Positions 60,522-64,000 of a DNA stretch of 64,000 nt are shown in pieces. Source of the DNA: the human T2T-CHM13v2.0 reference genome, Homo sapiens. Positions within the stretch are counted from its first letter, which is position 1, and every line of letters starts with the position of its first letter. Below the pieces are notes generated by a model. It was not told the DNA's origin and ran no database searches. It was given only the letters and a program-made list of their open reading frames with translations. Made by a program: the position numbers and the translations under genes. The stretch is from assembly GCF_009914755.1 (NCBI RefSeq), contig NC_060947.1; one strand, given 5' to 3'.

Positions 60522-62271
60522 GAAGTTCTATATTTAGGAATGTTTCTTTAAAAGACGATGACCATTGATTCCCAGTCTAAGGGGCATCAGCACACAAACC
60601 TCCCCCTTCCATACCACACTTTCACACTCCTCTGAGTCATTCTTCAAGCAATTCAGTAACTTTCAGGAAACTGCCCCACTCCTGCAGTTCCACTGAGTTA
60701 TCTATAAGGTAGCTGCATCCATGGGTCTGGAGATCAGGAGAAAAGTCAGAATGGAAAACTGTGGACATGGGAGTCATCTGCATTTTGATAAATGAAGTTA
60801 TGGGGGTAGTCAAGGTTGTCTAGGAATAGGCTATAGATTGGAAGAGACGAGGAAAAGAGGATCAGCAATGTTCAGGGGACAGCCTAAGGAGGCAGGTCCA
60901 GCAAAGGAGACTGAGGGGTGACTGAATGAATGCCAAGAAAGTGTGGGCTCATGAAAACCAAGGAAGGAGAGATTCATCAAGAAGGCAAGGGTCAAATACT
61001 GCAGAGACGTCAAGGTGAGGATCGAAAAGCCAATGGATTTGTCAATTATAAGCTTAATAGTGACTTCACAAAGGTGGATGGCTAAGGTAGGAACCTTAGC
61101 ATGTACCAAGTGTGCAGGAGGATACGTGATAGAGAGAGCATGGGTCCAAGAGTCAGACAGACTAAGGTTTCAAATTCCAGCTCCACCATGTACTAGCAAG
61201 TTACTCAACATCTCTGTGCCTCTGTTCATTTGTAAGTGGAGATAACAATAGTAAATACTTAATAAGGTTGTTGTGAGGCTTACATGAGCTTAATCGTGTA
61301 AACCACTTAGTACAGTGCCTAGCACACATGAGATGCCATGTTCTATCTATTGGCTCAGAGCAGGAATCATAAACCACTGAAGGTATCTCAGGCAGAAAGA
61401 TAATCAGTTGTCTACAAAACCATTGGGCTACATAAGTGGAAGTCAGGGGAAGTCAGGAGGCTGCCACTGGACTAATGGCTTCAAGGTCATATCATTGCAG
61501 TTGTGATCCACATGTTAGGAGGCTGCTGCCACCACTACAGTCTCTCACTCACAAAGCTGTGAATAGACACACTGGAATGTGGAGTACAGAAGCCACAAAC
61601 ACATCTTTGGAATCACCTGCTGGCCACCAAACCCCAAGAAGATAGCCTCTGCCCAACTTAAGCCTTCCAAATTTTGTTGGCAGAAGTGAACATGTATCTG
61701 AACCCACATTTTATCCAGAACCCTAGCTGCAAGGGAGTCTGGGAAATTGATTTTTCAGCCTTTATGTTTTTGGAAAGAAACAGAAAAGGGGTAGGAATGC
61801 ATGTGGAGCAGCAGATAATTTCCACCTCATCAATCTTTAAGTGGAACGAATATTTCCATCCTGAGTGCTGACACCAGCATTCCAACTGTGGTCAAAATAT
61901 AGGATTATCACTGATTGACAAAATCCTGCCAAATTCAAAGAGGAATCAGGACAGGAATAAATATCAAGGGATAAGCTTGAGCAGGAAAATACATTTTTCT
62001 CTAATATCAAAAAGCAGATGGTGAGCAGGGATATAATTTATAGGTTTGGGCCAGAAGAAGAGAGGTAGAGAAGTTAAGGAAGGTTCTGTCTCAGGGCATG
62101 TATTATCTCTGTAAAGTTGGGAGCAAATGTCATCTGCCCTGAGTGAAAAAGGTTGAGACTGGCTAGAGGGCTTGGTGAGAGCAGACTAGCTAATGAGGGA
62201 AATGGGAGAGGAAGCTGACACAGCACAAGAAATCTTTCTGCACACCGGCTAGCAAAAAAAGAAGCAAAAGA

Positions 62272-64000
62272 CTTATTTTTATAAAGCACTGTTTATTTTT
62301 ATGTATTGAAAATGTCCATTTTAAAAGTCTTCAAAATAAAAACAAGTTAGAAAATTTGAGCTTGTGTTAAGAAGGGGAAGGACAGAAAAGGAACTGAAAG
62401 GCCTCTACGGGCAGCAGTTTAATTACAGGGCAACAGGAACCCATTTATAGAGTATTGTAAACAACACAACTATGGCGACACTGCTCTCAGATTAACATGG
62501 CTTCATTTCCTTTATATTATAGTTTAGTGTGTAAGCATGGTTACCACTCTGCACAAGCTTCGTTATCCAGAGTACCGAGGGCCCCTCATCAGAAGGGCCA
62601 AGTCCCCGAAACATGCATATGTACTCATCACTGTAAAATGAAGACCTTTCAATATTTTCAGCAATCAACTAAAGTATTCCGTAATCACAAAAATGTTTCC
62701 TATAGATGCAGTTTGCACATTTATTGCAAGCCATTGACTAACCACAGAATGGGCAGATGTGAAGATCTGTGTTGATGTTGTTGGTGGTGGTGGTAGTACT
62801 GATGTTTTTAATTTTTAAGTGAAGGATGTTATATCTAAATGGCTGTGCTAAAAAACAGAACAACAGCCATTCCTAGAAATTTCTTTACTCTTCAGCTTCC
62901 AAACACGGCTGTGTGTGGTTGGCTGATGTTGGACTGCAAAAATAGTCCATTTCCTGTGGATGGTGTAATTTCTGCTGTGCAGCAAGCAGACAACAGCCCT
63001 GTACCATGTAGCTATGGGACCTTGAGACTCTCAGTACCAAAAATAAAAAGGGCTCCTCAGCAAGCTGGGGGTTTCAAACTTCAAGTTTTGTTTTTTCAGA
63101 GACAGAGGTGTCTCTCTGTTACCTAGGTTGGAGTGCAGTGGTGTCATCACAGCTCACTGCAGCCTTGACCTCCTGGGCTCAAATGATCCTCCCACCTCAG
63201 CCTCCTGAGTAGCTGGGACCACAGGTGTGGGCCACCATGCCTGGCTTCAAGTTTGGTTTTTAAACAATATTTGCAAAACCCACATTTATAGGCATCCATC
63301 AAATATATTATAAAGGCAATTCTGATCAGCCCTTTGGCCTCAATTTCCAGTGACCTTCCCCATCTGGCCAAATTTCTCTTGTCTTTTGGGGAGGGAGGGG
63401 TGAGTGGCACTGAGCCTTAGGCCAACTTTCAATGGCGCTGAATTTGGATGTGTGCTGTTCTGTGACTGTCTTCTAAACCTGGTTTCTCACAGTTCTAGTT
63501 TCTGGGATAAAGTGGATGATGTGATTCAATGAGCAACTTGAGTTAATCAGTCCTGAATAATCCAGCACACAGCTACTAGAGGGGCCCTTTTGTTCTGGAT
63601 GTACAAGTTGGACCAGAAGCATATTTCTGCAAATACTGCTTAGAGTCCCACCCAAAGAGGCCAATTAATATTACAACTTCTCACAGCATATATGAGAGAG
63701 TAATAAAGTGAATGAAAGCTGTCTAGTAGGGCACAATATCTTCTTAATGCAGATTGTTTTGAAGGATAAAACATCACAGTTTGAATATGCAACGTACATA
63801 AAGTAACTCCTCACAGTCTAACTACATTTTTTTAAAAAGTAAGCAAAGCACATACATACTAGTTTACACACCACTTGGTAAGGTTGGCTAAAAGTACTGG
63901 GGAAATAGAAAACTTACACACTAGGCAGAATGAGGGAAAGAAACCTATCATGCAATGGGAAAAGGCGGTCAACTCTGCTACTAAAAGGGAGGATTGTCCA
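62272..64000 (-). other. ARHGEF6: Probable distal 3'UTR of convergent neighbour ARHGEF6 (continues beyond window)
   Basis: Minus-strand AATAAA (TTTATT at 62292-62297) at the edge of a mostly unique, AU-rich, UTR-like stretch. ARHGEF6 is known to end a few kb downstream of CD40LG on the opposite strand. No coding exon is visible. Confidence 0.7.
63086..63245 (-). mobile_element. Alu right monomer (FRAM/AluJ-like) inside the putative ARHGEF6 3'UTR
   Basis: GGAGTGCAGTGGTGTCATCACAGCTCACTGCAGCCTTGACCTCCTGGGCTCAA...CCACCATGCCTGGC. Confidence 0.88.

Overview
Human (primate) genomic DNA, recognisable as the Xq26.3 CD40LG locus. It contains the complete five-exon CD40LG (CD154/TNFSF5) gene on the + strand: CDS 44991-45146, 47008-47139, 51115-51172, 53098-53160 and 55781-56157, which totals 786 nt (261 aa), with all introns GT-AG. 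The NFAT/NF-kB promoter region, the CU/CA-rich 3'UTR and a 3' kB-type element are visible. A probable spliced lncRNA (LINC00892 by position) lies at about 36.3-39.2 kb, and the probable 3'UTR of the convergent ARHGEF6 gene starts near 62.27 kb on the - strand. The rest is repeat-rich intergenic DNA (Alu, L1, L2, MIR, ERV1/MaLR LTRs, Tigger/MER DNA transposons). I see no new multi-gene system. The most notable unexplained structures are: a ~205 bp local templated insertion inside an MLT1 LTR, a perfect head-to-head double-octamer palindrome, two heat-shock-element arrays sharing a 13-mer, an out-of-frame upstream ORF overlapping CD40LG exon 1, and two promoter palindromes. Repeat subfamily names and neighbour-gene names come from memory and synteny, not from a database search.
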